IMG/VR virus record: IMGVR_UViG_3300010396_000037
Direction: 5' to 3' (one strand)
Origin: a virus
DNA length: 64,000 bases
Shown piece after piece: positions 19,810 through 28,739 of this stretch (position 1 is the stretch's first letter; every line of letters starts with the position of its first letter). Below the pieces are notes generated by a model that had not been told where the DNA came from, searched no databases, and saw only the letters and a list, made by a program, of their open reading frames with translations. A program made the position numbers and the translations under genes.

Positions 19810-20293
19810 GATCTAGTTTTTCTTGCATCTTGCGTTTCTGGTACACCATGTCTAACAGTTCTGCAGGAGAACTCACAATGATTGTATTATTATTGATGGT
19901 GTTAGCTGATTCTTTTGCAGCTTCCTTAGAGGGAGTTAATGCTCTCCTAGATTCATGTAATGCTAATAATCCTTGGTTGGCTTCTGCCACTTCCTTAATG
20001 ATCTTGCTTACAATTTCATAAGCATGAGGTTGTTGTGAACCTGTAGCAACAGCCATTATTCCCTGTAATGCCTCTGTTCCTTGTTCAATGATATTAATCA
20101 GAGTCTGCCTAGATCTTTCAAAATCTTCCTCAGCTTGTTTCTCTTGTTCTGTCAATTCAATCTTTTCTGGAATCTGTTGTGTCACTATGGGTGGCATGGG
20201 ATGCGCATTATCCACAACAAGTGGAGACATATCCAATGCTTGCGACAATGATTTTAAGATCGTAGTGTTGTTTGACATATCAGTTTGTATCAT
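19796..20293 (-). CDS. 16: Terminase small subunit gp16
   Basis: DFE.SR..L, PHAYE, NNNTIIVSS.AEL; adjacent to gp17. Confidence 0.85.
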   Translation of the reverse strand: MIQTDMSNNTTILKSLSQALDMSPLVVDNAHPMPPIVTQQIPEKIELTEQEKQAEEDFERSRQTLINIIEQGTEALQGIMAVATGSQQPHAYEIVSKIIKEVAEANQGLLALHESRRALTPSKEAAKESANTINNNTIIVSSPAELLDMVYQKRKMQEKLDHESE

Positions 20294-21134
20294 CTATGAT
20301 TTGTACGCAATAAGACCAATCATCATCAAAATTGATCAATAATGGACTGATAGAGGCTGCTGCGTTTGTGGTGGGTGACCCATTGGCCAACATTCCTGGG
20401 GAAGTGTTAGCTTCTGTAGACCAGGTGGGAATAGATGTATTGTTACCAATATATGCATCTGCCTTAGATACTTTAATAATCTTTCTTGTATGCGGTGGTC
20501 CAATGAAATAAGCTTTCATAGTGAACATCAAAGACCAAACCATAATGCGTCTAGAATTATTGTCTCCATCCTTGTAACTGTCATAGAGACTAGCATTATT
20601 AAACACAATAGGCATATTAAATTCAATTCCTAATTCATCAACCAGTCTGACACGGTTGACCCATTCTGGTGTAAAGAATGGCAGGATTTGTTCAAGTATC
20701 TGTGAATTATCATCAGTGGTGTTCGTCATTATATCCAATCGCCATTGTATATCCATTGGAATTGGAACGAATACAAAAGAAGCATTGGAGGGATCGCCAT
20801 GCGCTGTATTTGCGGCTATAACATTGTTCGCCAAAGAATAAGGGGCAACCATTTTTTTGGTTGAACTTAATTTTCTGTCAGCAGCATAATTCATACTGAC
20901 CATTTCAGCCGCCATTCGAGGCAAACTGATTCCCACTGGTTTGTTTAGATCAGGATTACCATCAAGACGACCTAACCATTTTTGGCGTGGACCATATGCG
21001 ATTGGAATTTTGATAGTTTCTTGAACTTCACCATTACCATCAAATTTCTGAACATAGATGTCCGTGAACAAGCTCATGAACGCTGCAGCGCATCTTCTGA
21101 AAGATTGACGATAGAAAGGAGGATTAGATAGCAT
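20280..21134 (-). CDS. 15: Tail sheath stabiliser/completion protein gp15
   Basis: IPIAYGP.QKWL.RL, LPRM, QILEQILPFF.P. Confidence 0.9.
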   Translation of the reverse strand: MLSNPPFYRQSFRRCAAAFMSLFTDIYVQKFDGNGEVQETIKIPIAYGPRQKWLGRLDGNPDLNKPVGISLPRMAAEMVSMNYAADRKLSSTKKMVAPYSLANNVIAANTAHGDPSNASFVFVPIPMDIQWRLDIMTNTTDDNSQILEQILPFFTPEWVNRVRLVDELGIEFNMPIVFNNASLYDSYKDGDNNSRRIMVWSLMFTMKAYFIGPPHTRKIIKVSKADAYIGNNTSIPTWSTEANTSPGMLANGSPTTNAAASISPLLINFDDDWSYCVQIIDDTN

Positions 21135-21139
21135 AATGA

Positions 21140-21913
21140 TTAGACCTGATTATCACCGAAAGGATCATCATTTGAGAAGTCTATAAAAGTGTTTGCTTCC
21201 TGATTTATGTCTTCACTATGGTCTTCAGTTGAACCCGAGTTAGGATCAATTCCTGGTCCATCAAACTTGATTGCAAACTGGTCATCAGCAGACACTAACA
21301 TATCACCACCTGTTGCATCAGACAAGGTGTTGTTGGTCTGTTGTGATAATCCATATTTGGCGAATATAGCATCAATTTCTGGAACTCCTGTATTATACAA
21401 TTCATTATTTGGAGAATACAACTCGCTTTGTAGATCAAATGCTTGAAGTTTTCCAAATTGATAGAAGGGAACTTCATGTTCAACGAACCTTATAGAATAC
21501 ATCTTTTGGTTCATTGGTAAATAGATTATATCACCTTCACGTGGTCTGAGGATAGGTTCTCCAGACCATGTTTGTCCTGTAAATTGAAATAGAGGATCCT
21601 TGTCAAATACATTTTTCTTGAATTCATTTCTAGATATCGTAAATGTAATCTGATCACGGAGCTCCAAACCGAACTGTGTTAGGAAGTCTCCTTGGCCACC
21701 AAAGCCTTCAACATTCTTAAGATACACAGTTACAGGATAAGCATTATAAAACTTGGACAACTTATCATCAGGCATGATGGTGTCAGTGTTAAGTTGCATT
21801 CTAGGAATGTAGAACACTTCAACGCCATGTATCTGTATAACTTCATCCACAAGGTCATTGGCGAGTTGTTGTTCGCCTTGGGTTGAATAGTTGCGGAAGA
21901 ATTGAGTCGTCAT
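21140..21913 (-). CDS. 14: Neck protein gp14
   Basis: L.DE.IQIHG.EV.YIPR, FGLE..D, RPREGD.IY.P, FVEHE.PFYQ.GK, DPFG. Confidence 0.9.
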   Translation of the reverse strand: MTTQFFRNYSTQGEQQLANDLVDEVIQIHGVEVFYIPRMQLNTDTIMPDDKLSKFYNAYPVTVYLKNVEGFGGQGDFLTQFGLELRDQITFTISRNEFKKNVFDKDPLFQFTGQTWSGEPILRPREGDIIYLPMNQKMYSIRFVEHEVPFYQFGKLQAFDLQSELYSPNNELYNTGVPEIDAIFAKYGLSQQTNNTLSDATGGDMLVSADDQFAIKFDGPGIDPNSGSTEDHSEDINQEANTFIDFSNDDPFGDNQV

Positions 21914-22206
21914 GTAGTGATATCATGTTTCAAAGCATTGGTGCAATGGTCTTTCTGAATTGCGTCTAATATCTTGCATAGCACGCAACCCCACTTCTTG
22001 CCAGCTATCTGCGCCTTCGCTGCCCGAGCGCTGATTGTCTCATCAACTCTACCATTTGCACTGACATTTGATGCCTCGTCAATCATCAATGCTATATTTA
22101 GAGCCTTTTCAGGATTCAGGAAGGTGAACAAGAAATAAAGTATTGCGATATAGACCAATCCTAATGCAAGAATTGGCGAAAGAACAATGAGTGCTAGTCT
22201 TTTCAT
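21910..22206 (-). CDS. Small membrane protein inserted between gp13 and gp14
   Basis: N-terminal TM; NG..DETISARA and CVLCKILD..QKDHC motifs, which recur in phage proteins. Confidence 0.55.
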   Translation of the reverse strand: MKRLALIVLSPILALGLVYIAILYFLFTFLNPEKALNIALMIDEASNVSANGRVDETISARAAKAQIAGKKWGCVLCKILDAIQKDHCTNALKHDITT

Positions 22207-22970
22207 CCCACAAATCCTTCTATTGGCCAACCATATTTGCCTGTCATCTCTTCTTCCATTCTTTCTTTCTGAATCATATATCTCTGTAATATTTGTTGGC
22301 CATTAAACATTACACCACCAGGCATTTGAATACCAGTGAATTTGCTAAGATTGGTTCCCCATTGAATACCAAGTAACGCTTCAGCATACTCCTGGAGCCA
22401 ACGATCACCCCAGATGGTTGGGAATTGATTTGGGTCTAATGCTTGGTAGCATTTAACGATAACATATGTTCCAACTTGAATATATGTCGTGTCCATGTCT
22501 AGATACAGATTGCCTTCATGGCGATTCCAACGGATAGGCTTCTGACCAACAAGCAATTCTTCTAACAGTTGGATATGTTGAAACGCCATGAAATATGGAA
22601 CGATTGATTGAGACGTCAGAGTATAAAGGTCATTCAAAGCGATCTGATACTGAATGTTGAAGAAATTACCTGTTGAATAAATCGCACCTAGAGGGAACAC
22701 TTCAACTGCACCGATAACATTTTGTGGCATAGGAAATACAACGCCACCATTAGCAGACATCATCTCTGGAGTGATCCGTTGTTTGTAATATACCAATTGG
22801 CTGCCATCAAAATGGTAGTCTGCGAAATATTCTAGAGCAGTGTCAATTCTGTCTTCAATCTGCGTTTCTTCAACGTTGATTTGAATAACAGGTGCACCCA
22901 ATTTACGAAGAATGTATTCTTTGAATTGTTGGCGGTTGGCAGGTACCATTGTATCACCTATAGATAGCAC
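22203..22970 (-). CDS. 13: Neck protein gp13
   Basis: YILRKLGAPVIQINV, DYHFDG, QWG.NLSKF.G.QMPGGV.FNG. Confidence 0.9.
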   Translation of the reverse strand: MLSIGDTMVPANRQQFKEYILRKLGAPVIQINVEETQIEDRIDTALEYFADYHFDGSQLVYYKQRITPEMMSANGGVVFPMPQNVIGAVEVFPLGAIYSTGNFFNIQYQIALNDLYTLTSQSIVPYFMAFQHIQLLEELLVGQKPIRWNRHEGNLYLDMDTTYIQVGTYVIVKCYQALDPNQFPTIWGDRWLQEYAEALLGIQWGTNLSKFTGIQMPGGVMFNGQQILQRYMIQKERMEEEMTGKYGWPIEGFVG

Positions 22971-22973
22971 TTC

Positions 22974-22993
22974 TATTTAGTGTGACCTAAATA
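22974..22993. promoter_or_regulatory. Back-to-back late promoters TATTTAG-N6-CTAAATA. (C/A/T)TAAATA also at 5532, 6854, 18103(-), 24339, 25223, 26691, 28289, 31579, 35535, 36719, 41793, 47449, 48984
   Basis: T4 gp55-type late -10 element located just upstream of structural genes. Confidence 0.8.
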
Positions 22994-22999
22994 TTCTGC

Positions 23000-23827
23000 A
23001 TGCGAACTCTACATGCAGAAATTCTTTTTCATCCAACAGAAAAGCCTTTAATCAAGCTCTATCATGATTTAAATGAGGAGTTAGAAGGTTTAGATGGTCC
23101 ACATGTTTATAAAGTCCTGAGTAAGTTTAAGCCATCATCCTTGGATCATGAAACAATTCAGAGGGAATTACATCATCATCTCTTTAAACATGGTTATATG
23201 TCGGACTCTCCAAGGCATCCACTTGTCAGAAGTCCTGAAGAAAATAAACACGCATTAGAATGGGATAGAATTACAAAAAATCGTGAAGCACGACATGCAG
23301 GTTGGCACTCTGACCAAGCATCTGAAATGAATCATAAGAATCAGAAGACGAATGTATTTGGAGTTTGGAGCACTAGTCATCCTACACAGATTCGTAACAG
23401 ATATACCAAGGGATCAACAACTCCAAGGAAAGGTGGTGTTGATAAGGATGCACAAGGTGGTGAAATTAAGGATGCTCAGAAACCAGGTCATGTTGTACTG
23501 ATTGATGATGCCAGAGCACAACACAAAGCTGGCACTTCTCCTGATCGCTGGTTCTCAAGGATCCCTAACATCAGAAAGATACCTAAGTCCGGACTACAAA
23601 TAGATTCTAAACGCTTTGGAAACAACATTGATAAGTATATTGACGCTAAAAAGAAACATGTCTTCCGTTATGATCCAGCAACAGTCGCTAGAAATTGGTT
23701 AAAGACCAACAAGAAACATCCTAATTATAAGCGTGCCAAAGAATATGTCAAGAGTCAATTTGGATTGAGAAGAGAAAGTTTCATACTAGATGATGTAATG
23801 CATGTATTATTCGAGGAAAGAATATGA
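23000..23827 (+). CDS. His/Lys-rich late protein, probable virion-internal
   Basis: Directly follows a CTAAATA late promoter; LNE and RRE-S type sites; basic, His-rich. Confidence 0.45.
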   Translation: MRTLHAEILFHPTEKPLIKLYHDLNEELEGLDGPHVYKVLSKFKPSSLDHETIQRELHHHLFKHGYMSDSPRHPLVRSPEENKHALEWDRITKNREARHAGWHSDQASEMNHKNQKTNVFGVWSTSHPTQIRNRYTKGSTTPRKGGVDKDAQGGEIKDAQKPGHVVLIDDARAQHKAGTSPDRWFSRIPNIRKIPKSGLQIDSKRFGNNIDKYIDAKKKHVFRYDPATVARNWLKTNKKHPNYKRAKEYVKSQFGLRRESFILDDVMHVLFEERI

Positions 23828-24342
23828 GCGTTGGCGATTTACATACGAAATATGATGTTAATCACAAAGAGTTTGATTTAGCTATCAAAATGCTTGATGA
23901 TAAGGACGTGGTATTCAATGTCCAATATGATATTCCTTATCTGGCAGGAACAAGCATAGATGGTAAAACAATTTACAGAGACAGACAAACTCCATCTAGT
24001 TATCAATCTTCTTCTGGACACACAGTTGATACAGATAAATATTTTAAAGTGCATGAAAGAGTTGAAAAGGCATTCTTAGATCAAGGATTCCCGTATATAT
24101 TAGCCCATCAAATTGCAGAACAGATAGAAAGAGCTGCTGTGATCAATGATGGATATGATTATGATGAATATGATAGAATTACAGAAACATGGGTTGGAAA
24201 AGTTGGAGATAGAGCAATCTATAATGTTCCTTATGATTTATGCTTGATACCCTATCGAGATTGCGATGATTGGAAAACACTCAATAAAATGCATGGGTTG
24301 CCTGATACAGGAATAGAAACTGTAGCAAAGAAAATCCGCTAA
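23824..24342 (+). CDS. Hypothetical protein with HE..E and H..AE..E putative metal ligands
   Basis: DIPYLAG.S.DG, VHERVEK, AHQIAEQIE. Confidence 0.45.
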   Translation: MSVGDLHTKYDVNHKEFDLAIKMLDDKDVVFNVQYDIPYLAGTSIDGKTIYRDRQTPSSYQSSSGHTVDTDKYFKVHERVEKAFLDQGFPYILAHQIAEQIERAAVINDGYDYDEYDRITETWVGKVGDRAIYNVPYDLCLIPYRDCDDWKTLNKMHGLPDTGIETVAKKIR

Positions 24343-24370
24343 ATACATTTGTTACCAGAGGTCAAACGCT

Positions 24371-24691
24371 ATGTCCATTAAAACTGAAATTGAAGCTGAA
24401 AAGACAAAATTGCTCACAGAATTGAAGAGCATCGAAGATAAAGCCAAGGCTGATCTCGCTGCACTGAAAGACAAGATTGATTTGGTTCCAGAATTGGAAT
24501 CAGAAATCAAGACTGTAGAAACGAAAATTAAAGCTGAAGTACAGAAGGTTGAGAAGTGGTTTGTATCTCACTTCAAGTCACAAGCTCAAACAGCTCCTGT
24601 TGCAGTCGTTGAACCATCTACCAACACCACAACTGTTCAGACTGAATCTACTGTGACTGTTCAGCCCGCTGCTAATACTGTAGGAGAGTAA
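24371..24691 (+). CDS. Late coiled-coil hypothetical protein
   Basis: CTAAATA plus GAGG upstream. Confidence 0.5.
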   Translation: MSIKTEIEAEKTKLLTELKSIEDKAKADLAALKDKIDLVPELESEIKTVETKIKAEVQKVEKWFVSHFKSQAQTAPVAVVEPSTNTTTVQTESTVTVQPAANTVGE

Positions 24692-24692
24692 C

Positions 24693-25148
24693 ATGCCTCT
24701 TTGGAAAAAGAATTCGCAGACAGCGAACAACAAACCAAAATTCTTGAATCCTAACACTGCTTCATTTTATCCTGCGTCTAGATGCGAAGGTGTAACTGTT
24801 TCAGATGCTCATGCAGCTAATGGAACATTGACTTCTGGATGGGTACAATTTCATCCTATCAAAGCAGGAAATATAGTTTCTATCTCTGTTACTGCTGGTG
24901 GAACAGGATATGCTTCTGGAGCGAATGTAACAATCACTTCAGCAGATGGTAATGGCACAGGAGCTACAGCTACTGCAACTGTTACTGCTAACGTGGTAAC
25001 TGCCATAACTGTAACTGCTAATGGCTCTGGTTACACTGTTCCTCCTATCGTAACTGTTGCGGGTGGAACAGGTGCAGAGTTTATTGCTAGAACAAATGCA
25101 AAGTTCCGTGCAGAACCATTGGTGCCAATGTCTTCAATGAATTCTTAA
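24693..25148 (+). CDS. Putative virion structural protein (Gly/Thr-rich beta repeats)
   Basis: VTAGGTGY and ANGSGYT..P.VT repeats typical of T4-like structural proteins. Confidence 0.55.
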   Translation: MPLWKKNSQTANNKPKFLNPNTASFYPASRCEGVTVSDAHAANGTLTSGWVQFHPIKAGNIVSISVTAGGTGYASGANVTITSADGNGTGATATATVTANVVTAITVTANGSGYTVPPIVTVAGGTGAEFIARTNAKFRAEPLVPMSSMNS

Positions 25149-25186
25149 TAGATTGTTTGCGAAACGAGGCTCGCGTTATGAGCTAC

Positions 25187-25214
25187 AAGACCAGCTGAAA
25201 GGCTGGTCTTTTTT
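25187..25214 (+). terminator. Rho-independent terminator
   Basis: AAGACCAGC-loop-GCTGGTCTT followed by a T run. Confidence 0.85.
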
Positions 25215-25256
25215 ATTGGCGCCTAAATATTCTAGAATAACAAAACCTTATTTCTA

Positions 25257-25754
25257 ATGATTACTCTTCCTGCCTCTCTCCAAGCAGTACATACGCAAAT
25301 TTTGATTCCTGCACTGCATGAATTACCCAGCAAGATGACTTCATTGCCAGCCATTACACAGTTATTGGCAACAGGTGGACAAGAATCTGGTTACATGTCA
25401 AGACTACAATTGGGGAATGGTCCAGCTCATGGATTATGGCAGTATGAATTCAATGGCGTTTCTGCTGTTTTAAAAAATCCCAAGTCTCATGGTTATCTTG
25501 TAGGATATTTGCAATCACAGACTTCTATTCCAGTATCAGCTGTAAGCATCTATGAAACTATTGATACAGATGATATTACAGCTTGCGTTATCGCTCGCTT
25601 GATGTATTGGACTGACCCAACTCCACTTCCTAAATTTAATGATGAAGAAACAGCATGGCAATATTATGTAAGGAACTGGAGACCAGGCAAACCTGATCGC
25701 ACTCGTTGGACCTATTGGTATGGTAAGACTGTTCAATATCTGAAAGGAGCCTGA
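25257..25754 (+). CDS. Putative endolysin (lysozyme-like fold)
   Basis: QES..., GPAHGLWQYE, ARL.YWTDP.PLP, AW.YY.RNWRPGKP; late promoter upstream. Confidence 0.65.
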   Translation: MITLPASLQAVHTQILIPALHELPSKMTSLPAITQLLATGGQESGYMSRLQLGNGPAHGLWQYEFNGVSAVLKNPKSHGYLVGYLQSQTSIPVSAVSIYETIDTDDITACVIARLMYWTDPTPLPKFNDEETAWQYYVRNWRPGKPDRTRWTYWYGKTVQYLKGA

Positions 25755-25755
25755 A

Positions 25756-26694
25756 ATGAGTGATCTCCTTAAACGTATATTTGAACTGTTGCACAGAGAA
25801 CACGAACAAGAATCCAAGAAACAATATAGACATAATTTCTTACATAATGATCCAGAACAAATCAAGAGGTCTAGATTTGCTCTATATGATGGTGATATTG
25901 AGATGCATAAGCCGGATCTGAAAGAAGATGTTAGTTTTGCAAAACCAGAATTGGGTAGTGATTTTATACATGCTAGGATAGACAAGAAAGATCTGTCTAA
26001 AAGCAACCTTTCACCTAAATTGGTTGAACATTACAAGAATCACCAAGCTTCTTTAACAGGTGTTCAGAAAGCTGCGATTGAAGACTACAAGAAGAACCAG
26101 ATGGGTCCATCTCCTATTCATTCCTTGTTGAATGATAATCTTAGGAAAGGTCATCCGCATGATTCTGACTATTTCAAAGCATTAGACCATCATCTTTCAT
26201 CTGCGCTGAAACCCATACCTGCTCCACATGTTGTGTATAGAGGCATTGGCGATGTTCCTTTAACTCGCCAAATCAGAAACATGAAGCCAGGTGACACATT
26301 TACAGACAAAGGATATGGCAGTGCCAGTCTATCTCCCAAAAAAGCACAGAGCTTTTCAATGGGAACCTATGCTGATAGAGCGCATGATAATTTTGAACAT
26401 CTGCCAGTAATTCAGAGACAACATCCTAAGGATGCACACTATTACAATACCATCATGAAGATTCATCTTCCTGCTGGCACCAAAGCACATTATCTTGATA
26501 TTAACCATCATGATGTTAATGATAAATCAATAATGAGGAACCGTGCTGGTGTTAAAGAATATGGAGATGAGAGAGAAGTATTGCTTCATAAAGGAATGAA
26601 ATATCAAGTTATGGGGCATAGCATTCAGAAAGATGCATTCGGTCCTGCAGAGCATTTACACCTTGTACATGTTCGTGCGGTTCCTACTGATTAA
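25756..26694 (+). CDS. VIP2/Alt-like ADP-ribosyltransferase
   Basis: LNDNLRKG, VVYRG, DKGYGSASL, EREVLL (R-S-ExE). Confidence 0.8.
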   Translation: MSDLLKRIFELLHREHEQESKKQYRHNFLHNDPEQIKRSRFALYDGDIEMHKPDLKEDVSFAKPELGSDFIHARIDKKDLSKSNLSPKLVEHYKNHQASLTGVQKAAIEDYKKNQMGPSPIHSLLNDNLRKGHPHDSDYFKALDHHLSSALKPIPAPHVVYRGIGDVPLTRQIRNMKPGDTFTDKGYGSASLSPKKAQSFSMGTYADRAHDNFEHLPVIQRQHPKDAHYYNTIMKIHLPAGTKAHYLDINHHDVNDKSIMRNRAGVKEYGDEREVLLHKGMKYQVMGHSIQKDAFGPAEHLHLVHVRAVPTD

Positions 26695-26721
26695 ATACGT
26701 TATCACAAATGAGATTTTAAC

Positions 26722-28296
26722 ATGGCGAAGATTTTTGGTTGGTCCATAAAAAGAAACGACACTCAGGATGATGACAGCAAACAGCAATTTGCTCCACCTA
26801 CGACGGATGATGGTGCTGTTCAACTTGTAGACTCCGGAATCAGAAACACCTTCTTAGACATTGATGGCGCGGTAAAAACAGAAGCAGAACTGATCACACG
26901 CTATCGTGAATTATCTCTACAACCTGAGATCAACTCTGCAATTGATGATATTATCAACGAATGCGTAGCTTATGATGAAAAAGCTGATTTGGTTGCGTTG
27001 AATCTGGACATGTTGCCTGTTCAATACAATGATCGCATCAAGGAATTGATTTCAAATGAATTTGAAACAATCTTAAAGCTTTATGATTTTAACAACTCTG
27101 CATATGAAATCATTAGACGTTGGTATGTTGATGGAAGAATGTATTATTATGCTTTGATTGATAAGAAGCATCCTGAAGCTGGTATTCAAGAATTGCGTTA
27201 CATTGACCCTCGCCAGATGCGTAAGGTTCGAGTGGTTAAGCAGGAAGTGTCTAAGGATGGATCCCAGCAGACACTCGTAAAGAAAGTGACTGAATATTTC
27301 TTGTACAGTGAGAAAGGTTTCGCAGTGAAACCCATGTCATCTACTGGATATCAGAGCAATAAAGCAATCAAGATCAGCAAAGATGCCATAGTGCATGCAA
27401 CAAGTGGCTTGATGGACCCAACCAATACGACCGTGTTGAGTTATCTGCATAAAGCCAGCAAACCTTTGAACCAATTGCGTGCTATTGAAGATGCTTCTGT
27501 AATCAATCGTCTCGTCCGCGCTCCTATGCGTCGCATATTTACTGTTGAAGTTGGATCATTACCCAAGGCCAAGGGTGAACAGTATCTAAAAGACCAGATG
27601 ACGAAGTATAAGAACAAGTTGACTTATGATTCATCAACAGGCGCGATTAAGGATAATCGCCATTTCATGACAATGCTTGAAGATTTCTGGTTCCCAAGTC
27701 GTCAGGGCAACCAAACAACCAAAGTTGATACTCTCCAAGGCGCAAGTGATTGGCATGATCTTGATGATTTGACTTACTTCCGTGAACAATTGTTGAGTGC
27801 GTTGAATGTTCCTGTAAGTCGTCTTCAACCAGGAGCTCCATTCAATATAGGCCGTGCTTCAGAAATTACACGTGATGAATTGAAATTCTCCAAATTCATC
27901 GCTCGCCTGCGTCTGCGTTTTGCTATCATCTTCAAGAGTGCATTGACCAAGCAATTGATCTTGAAAAAGATATTGACTGAAGAAGAATGCAAAGAAGTTA
28001 TGTCTCTTGTTGCATTTGACTTCAAACGCGATAACTTCTTCTCTGAATTGAAAGATGCTGAAATCCTTCAAAACCGTGTAGGAACACTACAGCTTGTTCA
28101 GCCATTCGTTGGCATATACTACTCAATGCAATGGGTTAAGAAGAACGTGTTACATCAGGATGAAGAAGAAATTAAACAACAAGCCAGGGAAATGGCTTCA
28201 GAGCCACCACCTATGCAGTTAGATCAGATGATGGGTGCCCCTCCGCAACAAGTGCCCGATCAGTCCCAGCAACAAAACCAACCTACAGCTAAATAA
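26722..28296 (+). CDS. 20: Portal protein gp20
   Basis: RRWYVDGR, GIQELRYIDPR, NQLR.IEDA.VI.R..RAP.RRIF, MLEDFW.P.R, EITRDELKF.KFI.RLR. Confidence 0.95.
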   Translation: MAKIFGWSIKRNDTQDDDSKQQFAPPTTDDGAVQLVDSGIRNTFLDIDGAVKTEAELITRYRELSLQPEINSAIDDIINECVAYDEKADLVALNLDMLPVQYNDRIKELISNEFETILKLYDFNNSAYEIIRRWYVDGRMYYYALIDKKHPEAGIQELRYIDPRQMRKVRVVKQEVSKDGSQQTLVKKVTEYFLYSEKGFAVKPMSSTGYQSNKAIKISKDAIVHATSGLMDPTNTTVLSYLHKASKPLNQLRAIEDASVINRLVRAPMRRIFTVEVGSLPKAKGEQYLKDQMTKYKNKLTYDSSTGAIKDNRHFMTMLEDFWFPSRQGNQTTKVDTLQGASDWHDLDDLTYFREQLLSALNVPVSRLQPGAPFNIGRASEITRDELKFSKFIARLRLRFAIIFKSALTKQLILKKILTEEECKEVMSLVAFDFKRDNFFSELKDAEILQNRVGTLQLVQPFVGIYYSMQWVKKNVLHQDEEEIKQQAREMASEPPPMQLDQMMGAPPQQVPDQSQQQNQPTAK

Positions 28297-28322
28297 AGTT
28301 GAATCAAATTAGGACGTTTCAC

Positions 28323-28739
28323 ATGACAGACGAAGAATTATTGGAGCTTGAAAGTCTTCTTGAAAGCCCCGAACTTATTGATGATCTAACAGAATCTGAT
28401 TTCCATCAGTTGGCAGGTGTTTATCATCGTGGCCAAATGACAAAGATCACAAAGAAGATTCTTGAAGATTTGAACGCCCAGCATGATTTATCTGAAAAGG
28501 CAATCAAGTCTCATAAAGATTATCCATTGTATCGTCATCATGCTGATGAAGCTGTTCGTCACCATGAAGCATGTACAACTGAAGACGTGAATGAAGAAAT
28601 TGTAGAAATGCCGGATGCAAAAGAAAGATTCACAAGACAAATGAGTCCACGTCTAGATGATGTGTTGCGTTCCGCATCGAAAGCATTGGCTGGAAAACTA
28701 TTAGCACCTGAGGAGCGTCTCCATGGCACGTTTGACTGA
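28323..28739 (+). CDS. Putative prohead core/internal protein
   Basis: Position after gp20 (gp67 slot); many LLE/LTE/LSE/VNE sites. Confidence 0.5.
   Translation: MTDEELLELESLLESPELIDDLTESDFHQLAGVYHRGQMTKITKKILEDLNAQHDLSEKAIKSHKDYPLYRHHADEAVRHHEACTTEDVNEEIVEMPDAKERFTRQMSPRLDDVLRSASKALAGKLLAPEERLHGTFD

Noticed and set aside
25150-25214. tRNA or structured ncRNA (small consecutive hairpins)
   Set aside because: No cloverleaf or T-loop motif; the main hairpin is a terminator. No tRNA was recognised anywhere in the window by eye.
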